From: Lama glama
Lineage: Eukaryota
Reading direction: 5' to 3'
Length of the DNA: 64,000 nucleotides
NCBI GenBank assembly: GCA_028534125.1
Contig: CM052816.1
Span: 90,956,001 to 91,020,000, forward strand
The notes under the pieces are model-generated. The model was not told where the DNA came from and did not search any database. It was given only the letters and a program-made list of their open reading frames with translations. Below are positions 37,601 through 52,600 of the stretch, piece after piece; the first letter of the stretch is position 1; every line of letters begins with the position of its first letter. The position numbers and the translations under genes are program-made.

Positions 37601-40600
37601 GGCACCTACAACAGCTCGGGGGCCTACCGGTTCAGCTCCGAGGGGGCCCAGTCCTCGGTGAGTACCCTCCGACCTCCTGGGGCTCGGGCTCCCCCACGCT
37701 GGGGTGGAAGTCGTCTGTCATCCCTCCCCTGTTGCACCATCCTTTGGATGAAGACAGCCCCGGTAGGCCGGGCCAGGATTCCAAAGTCAGGCTCTTCGAG
37801 ATGGTCTTAAGCCCCTTGCTCTTGCCAAAAGCATTCACATTAGTAAGTGGAACTTGGTGCCTGTTGTAGGCTGAGCTGCATTTTGCCCAAAGCTTAAGAA
37901 AACTGGCATTTTCAGTGGAGACTTTGTGTCTGTTCTGGCTTTGCAGCATGTTGAGAAATGAGACCCACCCTAAACTGGAATTAGACTCGCCAGGGGCACT
38001 TTGGAGAACTTGCCTGACAGTAGCTTCACTGTCCCACTGCAGGACGCTGCATCTTGTTCTGCTTATAAGGGAGGAACCTATAAGGGCTTCCGCTGGCTCT
38101 TTTCAGCTTCTGGATTTATTTATAGTTTACTTTTATTTCTTCCCGTTGACCGTGCATGAAATACTCAACTTCCTAAGACTCGAGATATTTCTAGCGTAGT
38201 TAACTGAAAGGGAATTAATTAACTCTTGTATGGTTTGATTAAAATTGTACACTTAAACAGCAGTGTTGTTCTTAGAATACAGAGTTTTAGGATTAAAGCG
38301 TGTCTCTTATGTATCGAGTCAACTGACCATTCAGCATCGAAAGTCAGTATTTTGTAATTCTGAATTCTTCTGATGATCACACTCCATTGTAATGTTATGA
38401 ATTGGCCTGTTGCTTGTCTTTTTTTTTTTTTTTCAATGTTGATCTGTGCTGGGCATTTTCATTGCTTGTTTTCTGTTCTTTTTGCTTACGATTGGCACGC
38501 GCTCTCCTTCTGGTCCAGTTTGAAGATAGTGAAGAGGACTTCGACTCTCGGTTTGATACGGACGATGAACTGTCCTACCGGCGGGACTCTGTGTACAGCT
38601 GTGTCACGCTGCCTTACTTCCACAGCTTCCTGTACATGAAAGGTATGACCTGCAGCCACCTCTGCCCTGGGGGCAGGGGTAGAGGGATGGGAAGCTGAGG
38701 CTGACGGAGGGGGACTGGGAAAGTCATGATACGTGCCCCTTCCCTGGTGTGAGGTCACGCTAGGTGGATGGAGGATGCCATGGTGGTGGGACGTGGGCCA
38801 CCTGACTGGATCATGCAGGGCCTGGCCTTGACTCTCCTCATTTGGTGTGGTGTCAGGACAAAGGGTCTGTACCCACTGTCACCATTTGCAGCCCCCTCTC
38901 TCTGTTATCTCTCACGTCTGTGCTCTTTTCCTTCCTTCCTACATCTTTTTCTCTTTCTCTCTCACGCACACGTGCAAACACACACGTGTTGTTGCTGGAG
39001 TTGATGCAACCCATTATGATGCTGAAACTGCATTTTCCCCTCCACAGGAGTCCTAGAGAACATAGAGGGATATCTTAGACACAAGGAAAAAGTAAAGATC
39101 TGAGAGGCCGCTACACCTAGCTTAAACTACCTACACACCTACTGTCCATCCCACGCTCATGATGAGAATCTTAATTGTATTTTTTCATTGCAGTTCAACT
39201 TCGAATATGCTGTATTGAACTTTAATACCTGGGGACACTCCTTCTGGGAAAGTACCTAAGGACTACGTACTTAGCCTTATGCATGTTTTTGACCCTGACT
39301 TCCAAGTCAGTGACAGGGTCATGAGAAACCGTACTCATCACCTGTTTTTGGTAGGAGTTTTACGTGGGTCATTGAAAGAGGGGCTCACCTGATTTCTCAC
39401 CCGGCCCTAGACTGCATGAGGGGAGCGAGTCCAAGTCCTGGGGACGGGGCAGAGGTAACAGGAGCCTTCGTCTCCCAAGGGTTCAAGTCGTTAATGTTTT
39501 CTCCAACCCCTTTCTTCACTTTCTTTTCTACTGCCCTCTTTCTTCATTCCCTTTTCTTTTTCTCCTTCCCCCACAAAAACCTTTTTATTCTGTTTCCTTT
39601 CCCTCTGCTTCTCTTTTCTGTTGGCATGTTTGTCTTTTTTCATATCTCTTTTGTCCTTAATATTTTTTTCTGTTCTTCATCTTATGTTTTTGTCCTTTCC
39701 CTTTTTTGCCTTTATTCAACATCTGTCTAGCTACTAACATCAGTCATTTGCTTTTCAAAGTTCTGCTGTTCTCAGCCTCACATTCCCAAGGTGCTCATGG
39801 AAACCTCTCCAGGTTTGTTTTAGGGGAGATCTTCCTACTGGCCAAAGTCACTGGTTGATGGAAATTCTTATAGGAGCATTGAAATGAAAAAGATTGAGAA
39901 ATTCTAACCAAATAATTGTTCATTGGATGAAGGAAAAAATGTAATCACAAATCAGAACCTAATAATCCAATAAGTATCTAATCATAGCACTTTAAGATTT
40001 TCTCATGCATTTCTCAGAATAAATGTAAGCTTTTTATTACTCATGTATTTTCCTCTCCCCCTAATTAATCTAGTTCCCTACGTCAGCTTAAAAATTCCCT
40101 GTAAATCACTCTTATTTATAATGTATGGCATTCATTTATTACATAATTGATTAGAACAAGTAAAATTAGGAAAAAGTAAAGGTAGATTCAAAACATTAAA
40201 ATCTCAAGATTAAAACATTAAAAGCTTAAGAAGGTAAGTAAGTAAATTCTCGGCAAATTCATCTCTTGATTAAACAAGTGATTGTGTAAATGCATCACTG
40301 TTTAATCTTTGATACATTATCATTTAATGTTGAATAAAGCCTTAAAGTTGTGACAAAAAGTTTCAGAGAAACCAATGAGGAGGAAAATCTAACCACCAGA
40401 TTACATTTAATGAGCATGAATGAGTTTGCACCAGCCAGATAGCCTACTAAAGGTGTTTACAATCCGGAAATTAATAGCACTGATGAAATTCCCTAGGTGA
40501 GATATGAAGAGAGCACGTGGAATTGGGGAGGGAGGGCTGGGAGTGAGTCCCATCAATCATACTCTACTACTGGTGAGGGTGGTGGTGATGCCTGCTGTAA

Positions 40601-43600
40601 CCTGTGTCTTTGAAACAGCTGTGAATAACCTTTATCATTTAAAGGCAATAAGTTAATAGGATAACTTTGTACTACGGTTTCCTCTTGGCTAGCTCTGAGT
40701 AGCCTAGATTAAAGCCACAAATCAAAAAGGGGAAAAATAAGTCTCATGCCGGTAGTCCCTGGCAAAGTTTGCTGTTTGCTAGGAAACAGCTCTGGCGCTT
40801 GGCGTGACCACAAAGACCTCTCTGCTAGGTGAGCAGGAAGTGCTGTAGATACAAGAAAGGGTAGGAGTCAGCTTAAGTCAATGAAACAAGTGCGCCCTGC
40901 AGTGCAGGCTTCTTTTGTTCCCATATGAAGTGTAGATCTATAATAATCATTGAAGCATCATTGAAAAAACTAATCTGAGAAGGTCTGTTTTACCTTTATT
41001 TCTATTCTGTCAAAGGAAAGCATTTTCTTTATACTCACTTTTGATATCCACGTTTAAATGTCCTTTATTTTTATTACTGGCTGATCAAAAGAATAACTTG
41101 TGGACAGAGATGGCAGTGTTTTTCAGTGGATTCATTAAAACAGATTTTTGAGTGATGGTGGTAAGATGTTACTCCTGAGTGTTCTTGGGGAATCTAGAAT
41201 ACTAAAGTAAAATTATCCTGCTGGAAGAGTATTAGAAATATTTTTTTATGTTGTAATAAATAACATCTGTATACCTTCCTCTTGACCAAAGTTTTCCACT
41301 ACATAAATTAGTTAAATTCTCCTTTTTTAAGGTCCTATGCCAGTTTGGTTTGGACTCTTACTTTGTTCCATATTCTAAATTTTATACCTTACATATATAA
41401 ACCATTTTCAGATGATGATGCTTTTCTTTGAAAAGGNNNNNNNNNNNNNNNNNNNNNNNNNNNNNNNNNNNNNNNNNNNNNNNNNNNNNNNNNNNNNNNN
41501 NNNNNNNNNNNNNNNNNNNNNNNNNNNNNNNNNNNNCATGAAATGGTTCAACCCGTGCCTCCCCCTCCCCCCCCCCCCCGCCTTGCCTCATCCCGGGGCT
41601 AGAGTATCAGCCCATTATTGGTCTTTCTGCTTTCAGCTAAGTGAGTAGAGGTTGCTTTGGAAATAAGGGTTCTTGGGTAATCCAGCCAAGCCAGTGTGAT
41701 CCCTGCCCAGCGCTTCCTGAACGCAAGCCAGCAGGGCCGTCATCCGTCGCTAGGGGGCGTCTGAGGGCGGGTCGGTTGGGGCAAAGTTGAGGATGGGCTC
41801 CATCTTGACACCTCCCACTGGTATCATCCAATTTGACGGGCTTTTCTTAAACCCCTCCCTGCCCAACTCTGGGAGCAGGTGGCCTGATGAACTCCTGGAA
41901 ACGCCGCTGGTGTGTCCTCAAGGACGAAACCTTCCTGTGGTTCCGCTCCAAGCAGGAGGCCCTCAAGCAAGGCTGGCTGCACAAGAAGGGCGGCGGCTCC
42001 TCCACACTGTCGCGGAGGAACTGGAAGAAGCGCTGGTTCGTCCTCCGCCAGGCCAAGCTGATGTACTTCGAGAACGACAGCGAGGAGAAGCTCAAGGGCA
42101 CCGTGGAGGTCCGGGCGGCCAAGTACGTCCACGAGCCCTGGTCGGGGTGCTGGCGGGGCTCGGGGCTGCCCCAGCCTTTCTGTCCTCGCGTGCACGCAGT
42201 TGGGGGCAAGTGCTTGGAAGCAGGAGAAGGGAGGAGGTGTTCAGTGAGTCCGCCTCACGCGCTTCTGCGGCTTGAATTACGAGGAAGCTGGGGAAGTGAG
42301 ACTGCATCTGTGAAAATGCACTTTTTTGTGGTTAACGCAGACATTCTGCTCGTGTTTGTAAGGGGCTAGTTGGACACAGAATGAGCCCTTGAAAGTGCTG
42401 ATTGGCTGGGAATTGTGGCGGGGATATTGAGCGTGGGTTGAGCACCTTCTTGTGGGTCAACTACCACTTTCAGTTCTTCCCCACGCCCCACTGTGGCCAA
42501 CAGATAGATGGCTGGACTGGGAGCAGCCAGCCAGTCTAGAGCTGCATTGTGAAGTGAGTCATTTGTCGTCCACCTGAGTTTGATAGACCAACCTCTCTGT
42601 ACCCATCAGAGGAGCAGAGCTGGTGTCTGAATCCAACCCACCCCCTTTTCCTGCCACCTTCTTCTACAACCAAAGCATTGAACTATGGAGTCCTGTTATT
42701 TTTATTAAAAATTCAGTAAGGTTTTCAGAAAATACTGAGAATTTCGGGGCAGCTGGTTTTCTTCGGTAACCAGATACTAAGCATAAAATTTGCGTGGGGA
42801 TAACACATAGCCCCACTCCACTCAAACTGAACAACTATACCTATTTAGAAAACAGGTTAAAAAAATCAGCTTTGAGAGAGCACATTAACCCCTGAAGTCG
42901 TGAGACCTGAGAGTGACATATTGTTTCTTACTCAGCTGGCATCAAAGACTTTAGAAAGTGATTCATTGAAAAGTGGAGGGTGAAATCAGGGGGGAAAGTC
43001 TTCTGTGTGTTTAATTTTAAGGACAAATAATGAAGTGTCAACAGCAGGGTCCTTTCCCAGGCTGCCCCTTGGGGTTCCTTAGAGACCTTCTTCTGTAGGA
43101 AGATAAGACTGAGGATTTGAATCTGAGTCCTACACCTTATTTTTGTTTGTTAGTTGATTGGTTTTTAATTTATTGGAGTATAGTCAGTTACAATCTGTCA
43201 ATTTCTGGTGTACAGCATGTTTTAGTCATACATATACATACATATATTTGTTTCCATATTCTTTTTCATTATAGGTTGCTACAAGATATTGAATCTAGTT
43301 CCCTGTGCTATACAGAAGAAATTTGGGGTTTTTTTAAATGTATTTTATATATAGTAGTTAATATTAGCAATTCTTGAACTCCCAGTTTATCCCTTCCCAC
43401 CCCCTTTACCCCTGTTAACCATAGATTTGTTTCCTATGTCTGTGAATCTGGTTCTGTTTTGTATATAAGTTTGTTAGTGTCATCTTTTTTCTTTTTTTTC
43501 CTGGATTCCACATGAGTGATATCATGTGGTATTTTTCTTTCTCTTTCTGGCTTACTTCACTTAGAATGACAATCTTCACATCCATCCATGTTGCTGCAAA

Positions 43601-46600
43601 TGGCATTATTTTATTCTTTTTTATGACTGAATAGTATTCAATTATACACACACACACACTCACACACACTCTCACACACACATACTCTCACACACTCACA
43701 CATACACACCACAGCTTTTTTATTACAGTCTTCGGTCGGACATTTAGATTGTTTCCATGTCTGAGTCCTACATGTTTTTACTGCTTAGCACAGCTCTGTT
43801 CCCCCAACCCTGCACACCGTGATGGTCCTCTTTACTCACCCCATAGGAGGCAGCCACAAATGCCAGGAGGCTGAGAGACAGAGAAAGGCGAGGTATTGAA
43901 TTTCATCATGTAAATTTCGTGTACGTGCCTTTTGCTGCTTAATAAAGCCCTGTCCTCCAGGTGTTTTATAAAAATTAAAGAGGTAAGGAAGTGTTAGCTG
44001 TTGGTCACATTCTGTAGAGGAAAGGCAGTGAGTTGTTAAAGTTTCATCACAGTAAGATTTTTTTTTTGTCATTTTATATTTTGAAACGTCTTATTATAGA
44101 AAATTTCAATCCTATGCAAGTGTAGATGGGAGACCAGAATGAAATCCGTGTGCTCATTGCCCAGCTTTCAGTCGTGTTTTGTTCGTGAGCCCACTCGGCA
44201 GTGCTCCCCCTACAAACCACATTTTTTTAAAAGCAAGTCCTGACATCATATAATTTCATTTGTAAATATTTAGTGCGTACTTAAAGATTAAGACTCTTTT
44301 TAATACATAATCACAGTATCATTATGACACTTTTGGTGGGGAGGGGGTAATTAAGTTTATTTTTTAATGGAGGGACTGGGGATTGAAGCCAGGACCTCGT
44401 GCATGCTAGGCATGCACTCTACCACTGAGCTACACCCTCCTTGCTCATTATAACATTTAAAAAGGAACGTGAACTGCTTATATCATCCAAACTCCAGTCA
44501 TTGCTCAGATTTCCCCAGTTGTCTTATAACTGGAGGTTGTAGTGTACTTGTAGACTTGAGTTGGTTTATTTCTTCAAATCAGAATCCACATAAGGTTTAT
44601 AATTTTTAACTGATTGATAGATCTCTCAAATCTTTTTAAATTTATGTACTCCTCCTTTATCTTTTCTTCCACTGACCATCTATTATTGAAGATGCTATGT
44701 CGTTTATTTATCCTGTAGCTTCCAGACTGCGTTTATCAAGGCCAGGACAGTATCATCACTCCCCCGTCTCCAGGGGAGCTTTTTCTAAATGCCAGTCCCT
44801 GGGCTCCACCCTAAAAAGTCCCGCCTGGGTTTTCTGAATGTTTCCCAGGATCCTGATGGACCTCTGTGGTTCAGAACCACGGCCTTACGGCTCCATCATA
44901 GTCTCACCCCCTCATTTTACACATAAGGCCACTGAGTTCCTGGGAGTCAAAGTGGCTGGTCCAGGATAACATCGTCTGGGCAATTTCCCCCCGAGATTAT
45001 TGTCCTCTCCCATTGGCTCCAGTGCCAGATACCTGGGTGATCTCTCCCCATTAGGGTCACCTCTCCTTCCGCTCCAGAAAGGCATTATTAGACTCCTCCT
45101 TGAATCCTGATCTTCTTGGTTTTTATAAGGTGTTTTATCTCATCTCAGTGATTCTAGCTAAAATGTCATATGAGAATTTATTTTCGAACCTGGCTGCTTA
45201 TTATTTTAGAGTGAAATAAGTATTTTACCATGAATAGTCGTACTGCTTCAGCTGTCAAAGCCAGGTGGCTCTGTCCCCAGCACCCTTCTTCATCAGCTCT
45301 GTCACCACCTCTGGTCCGATCCTAACCACTGCTTGGGTTTTGCCCTGATTGTGTTAACGTCATGCACTGATTTTAAATCTCCAGTGTTGCTCAGAGAGTG
45401 TTCGGATGAGATCAGGGTGGAATGGAGATCTAGACACACCCAAATCCTGCTTTTCACCCCAAATCCCCTGATGGAAATAATGAATATGCCTGTAGCAGGT
45501 TGAGTCAAAGGTGTCCGCAGATGCCTGAGACCTTGATGGGAAGCTGTGATGAACCAGGGAAGGGGCGCAGGCCGGACTGGCTGCCTGGGGAGGGGGCGCT
45601 TTCTGGTTAGAGGACTGAGTCAGGGGAGGGGCACGCACAGCAGGGGCCGTGGCGCTAGGGCCTGAGCTGGGGTGGGGCTAGGGTGGGCCAGTGGGGAGAG
45701 AGAGGGGCCCCTCCCTAGAAAAGTCAAGGACTCCCTCACACACACCCAGCAGCACCCCCTTTCAGGAGCAGAGAGGAGCCTAGCTCCCCCCAGGGCCACG
45801 GAGATCTTCACCATTTCTATAAGCAAAAGATCCACTCTAGAGCTTCGGTATCTGATTTTTCAGTTACAGTTTGCACCTCGATCATCAGTTTTGTGACATT
45901 TCTTTCCCCACCCCTTGTTAAGAATTCTGTGTTCCTGACTGGCGTTTGGTGCCCGTGTTCCTTTGCAGGGAGATCGTAGATAACACCAGCAAAGAGAACG
46001 GCATTGACATCATCATGGCTGATCGGACCTTCCACCTGATCGCTGAGTCCCCCGAAGACGCCAGGTGAGGCGCTGTGCTGGGGACTTTGTCAGAACTCCA
46101 TCCTCACTCCTCTGCAACCTGGGTGTCACACAGACCACTGTCCAGCCTGCCAGCTCTGAAAAGGTTTCAGTCGATTTTCTAGTCGAGTATTTCTGTTAGG
46201 ATGGTCAAAGAACGGAGAGTCGTCAGAGATCGATGTGCTTGTCTCCTGGGCAGTCTTTCACTGGGCAAATGCATCCAATGCAGTAAGCACCCAGATTTCC
46301 AGCTTTGATGCCCCTGGACAGACCGCTTGTTACTTCCATTCAGGTTTTATTGTCACTAGCAGCATATGTAAACTGGGCAGCCCCACGCAGCTAAAAGCCG
46401 CCCGCGGGAAGCTTCTGAGCTTTGAAAGAGAGCAGCTTCTGTTTGCATAAGGGTTAAAAAAGCAGGAACATTCACCACCGGCTGTTTAAATATATGCTGG
46501 TGTTGTGGCATTTGGAGGGCACTTAAGGTCTTGATACTGAAGAATTCAGTTGGTTAAAAGAGCAAGTTAACACTTAGGGAACTCACTCTCTGTCTCAGGC

Positions 46601-49600
46601 AGTGTTCCAAGATGCTTCCCATATATGAACTCATTTAATTCCGACAGCCACCCCCCAGGGTAGTGGTATTACTGCTGTTATGCAAGTTTACAGAGTAGGA
46701 GACTGAGATACAGAGAAGAGGTGGTATAACTCATAAAGGAATGCAAGCTCAATTCTAGTGAACGGAGGCACAAAGCGTCTTAGGTTCCTTAAGGAGCTTA
46801 AATATTTGAGCTCCAAGGACAACGGTGTCCCTCATCGGCTGGGGCAAGTTGTGTAAGTTCTTCCGACCTCAGTTGCCATCGTGGTGCTGAGAAGTGGCAC
46901 AGAATTCCGGAGAACGGGGTCAGACAGTGGAGCATCTGTCTCGTCTGTCCCTGCTGCTGCTTGAGTCTGTAGGGTTACACTGGAGGTGCCTGTCATCCAC
47001 TGTGCGCAGTGCCAGAGCACACCTTCCGTTTTATGAGGGTGGCACCCCTCTGCCTGTGTTCTTCACTTCACAGCTCAGAAATTAGAATCTTCTAGTGGGT
47101 TCTCGGGGGCCTTTACGACTCTTTGCCCTTTGGATGTTTCTGTTGATACAGCACCATGGCAGCAGCATTAAGGGCAAAGAAAATAATTCTTCCCATGGGA
47201 ACAGACTAAAACCCTGCTTGGATCCATAAATTATGACACAAACTGGAAAAACAAGCAAACCTGGAATTAGAGCCCCATCATTCCGTCTGGGACTCCTCGG
47301 GACCACGTGTATTTTTTTGCGGTCCAGGAAATGCCCACAGCTTTTCAGTTGAATTACAAGCCCAGCGTTTGGCAGCTGTCCTGTCTGTCTTGTGCCATAA
47401 TCAACCTGCAAAATTGAACATTTGGAGTCTTTTAGTCAAGGACTTTTTGCCCCGGCCAGTAGAACACTTTTTTTTTTCAAATTTTAATTTTTAATTGAAG
47501 TATAGTCAGTTTACAGTGTGGTGTCCATTTCTGGGGTACAGCACAGAAATTCAATTGGAACACATTTTTAAAACTCCCTTTTCAGATTCTGAGCTGTACT
47601 TGATTCAGGAGGAGAGAGATGTAGATTTAAGGGGGTCACCTGGGCAGATGGAAAGCAAAGCCAGTTTTATTCATTTGTGTGTCCCGTCCCACGTGGCCTG
47701 CATTCTGAATGTGTGTGTTGTTCAGCATTCCATTTGGGATATTTTTAAGCTTTATAAAGCAATGACTGAAGCCTTGCCTTTGGATTAATCAGAATTGATG
47801 AACAAATTCATATTAAGATGTTTCCCTTGGTTTCTGTTCGAGTCAGTGTATGTTGAGTATTTTCAAACTCTTCGTGACACCTTTCTCATGCAGGAATTAC
47901 AGGAGGTAGATTTTTTTGCTTTGCTATAAATAACTTATACGACTTATCTTTATATATATGTATATATAGGTATTAACTCTTTACTTAAATACCTTTATAT
48001 ATAGGTATTACCTTGTTACTTAAGTACCCTGTTATATACCAAGTACTTTTTCCTCTGCCTCAGTTACAGGAGTGTTTGTATATATATGTCTGATCAGCCC
48101 CCTACCAGAGACAGAGCCCTAGCATCTCTCTCACACTTGGTACTTCTCACTTGTTACAGTCGCTTAAATGTATAGATGAAATGACGGGTGGATGGAATTC
48201 ATGGTCATGTTCCTCAAGCATGTATTGTGTCTAGTTGCATCATGACTTCTGTTCCACTTGACTTTTCTAGAGTTGACATGCTCTCGTTTATTATTGGATT
48301 CTGAGGAGGCTGAAAGTATGGAAACTCATTTGAAATGAAGGTAGAAGAGTTCTCTGGGCAAAATAATTTTCTACCTTCTATTTCAGAAAATTGTTTTCTA
48401 TTTCCAGCTCTCCTGAGGTTTTATTCGCTTAAATAGAAATCCTCTCACATGGTTGGAAACCCCATCCTGGGAATGGGTCGGGAGAATGGACATCCAGGGT
48501 CATTCTGAGATGAAGCTCTTACAGTATTGGCCTTCTTACCTGATCATTTACTTTGAAAAAATGAAAAGACACTTGAATGTTCCATAGGTTATGTATAATA
48601 TCTTCAGTAATGATCCTTGATCTAAGTGTTTGGGGCAGAACTGAGGATTTCCTTTTTTGCTGCCAGTTTCTCTGGGAACTCATCATCAGTAAGTGTCTGT
48701 AAAGGTCTGTGGGGCCAGAGGAAAGGCTTTTCCATGGATCTGAAATTGCATCCAATGGTCCTTAAGGAACTTTGGCTGTTTCTTCTAACTTTGCTCCTTG
48801 GTAGTATGAAACCCAAGTTTACCCATGAGGAGTAGGCAAATTAAAAGCAAAGCTGCCCAGAGGAGATGTCCTTTTCCCAGAGAGCGTGGAGAAGGGCATC
48901 ACTGTTTCACACATGCAGAAGAGGGCCACTCTTGACAGCCGCTCTCTCCTCCCCACAGCCAGTGGTTCAGCGTGCTGAGTCAGGTCCACGCGTCCACGGA
49001 CCAGGAGATTCGGGAGATGCACGATGAGCAGGCAAACCCGCAAAACGCCGTGGTGCGTGAGCATCGGTGGTGGGGAGGGGGCGTCCCGAGGAGGGGGAGG
49101 GGACTGGAAATATCTGGACAAGTTTTTAAAAAAAGAAGTAATAGCATAATAATTAAAGACAGAAACAGGAATATTGTGGTTAAAGATCATGCAGAAAAAT
49201 GGAGTAAATTACAGAAGATTATAAATCATAATAGATGACAATTCTTCCACCTCAAACCAAAGAGCCAAACAAAAATATCCCAATCTTTATGAAACTGGGG
49301 AAGCACATTATACTTTCCTTCAAAGGATTTAGTGAATTCTAAATCGTAATCTTCTGTCATCACTCCATCTCAGACACATATACAGTCACAAAATCTATTT
49401 TAGAAATAATTTTATTTTCTCATCAGTATAAAAGTTCAAGACAGATCGTAGTGTAAATCAGAAAATATATATGATTGAAAGAGGTTCGTAAACACCCTTT
49501 GCTGAAAGAATTTTAAGAACAAGACAGATTCATTTACAATTTACTTAATGAGTGAAGTGTATATTGCCCTGTCTAGAGGCCGTTGGTACTAAGTAACAGT

Positions 49601-52600
49601 CGGGGGGGCCATTTGCAAAGTAACTATTACTTTGCAGTTGACACAAAAAGGAGTCTTTTTTGTTTGCCTGTTTACAGAGTCGTAATCTAGGGGTGTTACC
49701 ATGCTGTGCACTGTCCTTGAGTGGTTCTCTCAGTTTCTCTGCTTTCGCTCTTTTCCAGGGCACTTTGGATGTAGGGCTGATCGATTCTGTGTGCGCCTCA
49801 GACAGCCCCGACAGGTAAGCTCAGATGAGACTTTCCACAAAAGTGGCTCCTCATCGCCTGCCTGTGCCCACAGGCGTCTGTACGCCGGGTGTGAAGTGAT
49901 TCTAGGCTGCATGTTCCTACCTGGTGAACCCCAGCGAATCAGAGGCTTCCTTCTTGGTACCCGGTTTGACATCCTCCTACACCATCTTCCTCTCTGGAGA
50001 TCTCTGGAGTGCCAGGGGAAGACCATGGAAACCTAATTTAGACAGTCATCCAGGAATGAACTCGGGCTTCATGCAAGAAGAAAATGCCTGTATCCCAGCG
50101 CGGGAGTGGGTGTAGTTCCCCTTTCGACACTTGAATAATGAATTTGAAAAGGATTTTGACAGCAGTTTTTATGCAGAGTATTCATAAACAAAAACACAAG
50201 CATTTATTTCCCTGGATATGTCCACTTTATCTGGGCTCTGAAAAGAGCATGTTTGGGGTTTTGTTCTTTGAAGGCAAATCATCTTCGGCGATGGGCTCAG
50301 GAGTCCAGGTACCCAGTGGCCCTTGTCTTTATCATTCTCTCTGTTTTTGTTTTGCTGCTTACGAATTCTGAGTTCGAATCGAAGTTGACTTCTGCCTTCA
50401 ATAACATAGCTTTAGAAAGACATTCAAATGATCAACAAAAATAGTATCTCCTGGTTTGGATGGGAGTCACGCCAACCGTTGACAAAGCTCTTCTGAACCA
50501 TAGGTTCTTTGTTCCTTGTAGTCACCCAGTACCTTCTTATACCTGACTCAGGAACCTTTTAACACGTGTGTGTCATGTGAATAATCAAAGCCCAAGTTTT
50601 TGTTCTAACAGTCAATTTCCCATCTGCCTCGCTCTTCTCCTAAACCCATTCCTGCTGGCAGACCAGGCAGGTAGTGATCCCTGCTGAGAGCTTTCCATCC
50701 CTCCCCAGGCTTTTCTCTCTTACTCAAGTGCCCACCTTTCTCCCTTCCCAACTATAGAAAAATCTTGTTCTTATTTTTAAGGAGCGCCAGTCCGTCCCCA
50801 CTCCAGTCCTGTTAATCTTCCTTTTCCTCGGACTTCTGCAGCACTTAACTTCAGTTTGAAAACTTGCAAGAAATTGTCAGGAGCTTCAGTGATTAAGAAT
50901 TAGTATGAGCAAGGGCTAAGAGAGACTCAGGGCATTGCCAGATACAAAGAGATGCTAGAGAAAGTAAACTTCCATTTTTATGTTATCCCTGATCGGGAAA
51001 TGCACTCTCATCAGATTGCTTTGAAAAAAAAACAGATCCAGGTGGCTCTTTGAGCCAGACATAATCAAGTGTATAAGATGTTCCACTTACACCTATTTAC
51101 TGATCTTCTGTTACTGGTGTCAGACGTTTCGTTACCAACCCACAGAAATATTATCCAAGGCCATACCCAGAGGCAGAAAGAAATTTCCCTTGGAGAGGCA
51201 TCAAAAAAAAATTTTCCCCTGCGGTCACCTTATTTAGCCTTCCCGGAACCGCGTGTCATCTGGAAAATTTTGCAGTGAGATGTTTTCCCTTCCAGGACCT
51301 TCAGAATATGTGGCTCCAAGTTGAAAGGTTAATGAGGCAGAAAGTAAAACCTGCAGAAAGGAGCCAGGTTTGCCTCCACATAAAATCCAAATAGCCCTGC
51401 CATTTTTTATCCCCGTGACCCAAAAGCCAGGAAACAGGCATTTAGTCTTGGTTCAGGCAGAGGTGAGGACTTCAGCGGCGCTCAGAGGTTTGGCTTCCTT
51501 CTCGCCCTGTTGCTCAGACCCAACTCATTCGTGATCATCACGGCCAACCGGGTGCTTCACTGCAACGCCGACACGCCGGAGGAGATGCACCACTGGATAA
51601 CGCTGCTGCAGAGATCCAAGGGGGACACCAGAGTGGAGGGCCAGGAGTTTATAGTGAGAGGTGAGGCCACCGAGGCTCTTCTTCCGTATGGGGTCCTATC
51701 TCCATCTCCACAGATATCTGCTGTGGTTCCATTTTGAGCCACTTTTCTGGGTCATTTTTATTCCTTTTTTTTTTAAATTCAATAGTGTGTTTTTTTTTTT
51801 GTTTTGTTTTTTTTTAAGGAGGAGGTAATCAGGCTTGCTTATTTATTCTTTTAATGGAGGTACTGGGGATGGAACCCAGGACCTCGTGCATGCTAAGCAC
51901 GCACTCTACCACTGAGCTAATATCCTCCCCCCCAATTTTGATTCTTAAAATTGTTAAAAATCGTCAAATACGAAATGACCGTGGCCATTCCTAGCAAATG
52001 TAACTGTAAGCACTGCGTAAATTATTACCTGGTTGGTGATGTTTTTCTTCCTAGTTTTGAATGTACCCTTTCATCTCTCTCTCCAGGGTGGTTGCACAAA
52101 GAAGTGAAAAACAGCCCGAAGATGTCTTCCCTGAAACTGAAGAAGCGGTGGTTTGTGCTCACCCACAACTCCTTGGATTACTACAAGAGCTCGGAGAAGA
52201 ACGCCCTGAAACTGGGCACCCTGGTCCTCAACAGCCTCTGTTCAGTCGTCCCTCCGGACGAGAAGATCTTCAAAGAGACAGGTAAGCAGGGCGCTGTGCT
52301 CAGGACTGGCTGGGCCCGAGGCTTGCCCCATCCAAGCATGGGGTCCAGGTTTGCTCAGAGCAAAGGAACAGGAGTTCTGCCTGGAGCATGTGCATCTTTC
52401 GCCACAGGGGGATTTATCTTCTTGCTTCATGGTTAGCTCTATGAGCACTTGGTGTGTAAACTGTAGGAAGGAGGTCTTGATTTATTGAGTTGCAGGGAGA
52501 TTCTTGTAAGGGCAATAAAATGTCACCAGACAAAGGTTTTCCCCCAAGCGTTATTTTTCTGTGCTGTGCCTTTGTCTTTCTCAATGTTGTACCACAAGCG

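Noticed and set aside
41382..41648. ORFs spanning the second N run
   Set aside because: Gap artefacts
41873..41878. NAGNAG tandem acceptor (GAGCAG) at exon 27
   Set aside because: GAG is a very poor acceptor; no evidence of use
41879..42122. Apparent internal duplication (WKRRWCVLK / WKKRWFVLR)
   Set aside because: This is the known split-PH1 architecture of myosin-X with PH2 inserted, not a new duplication
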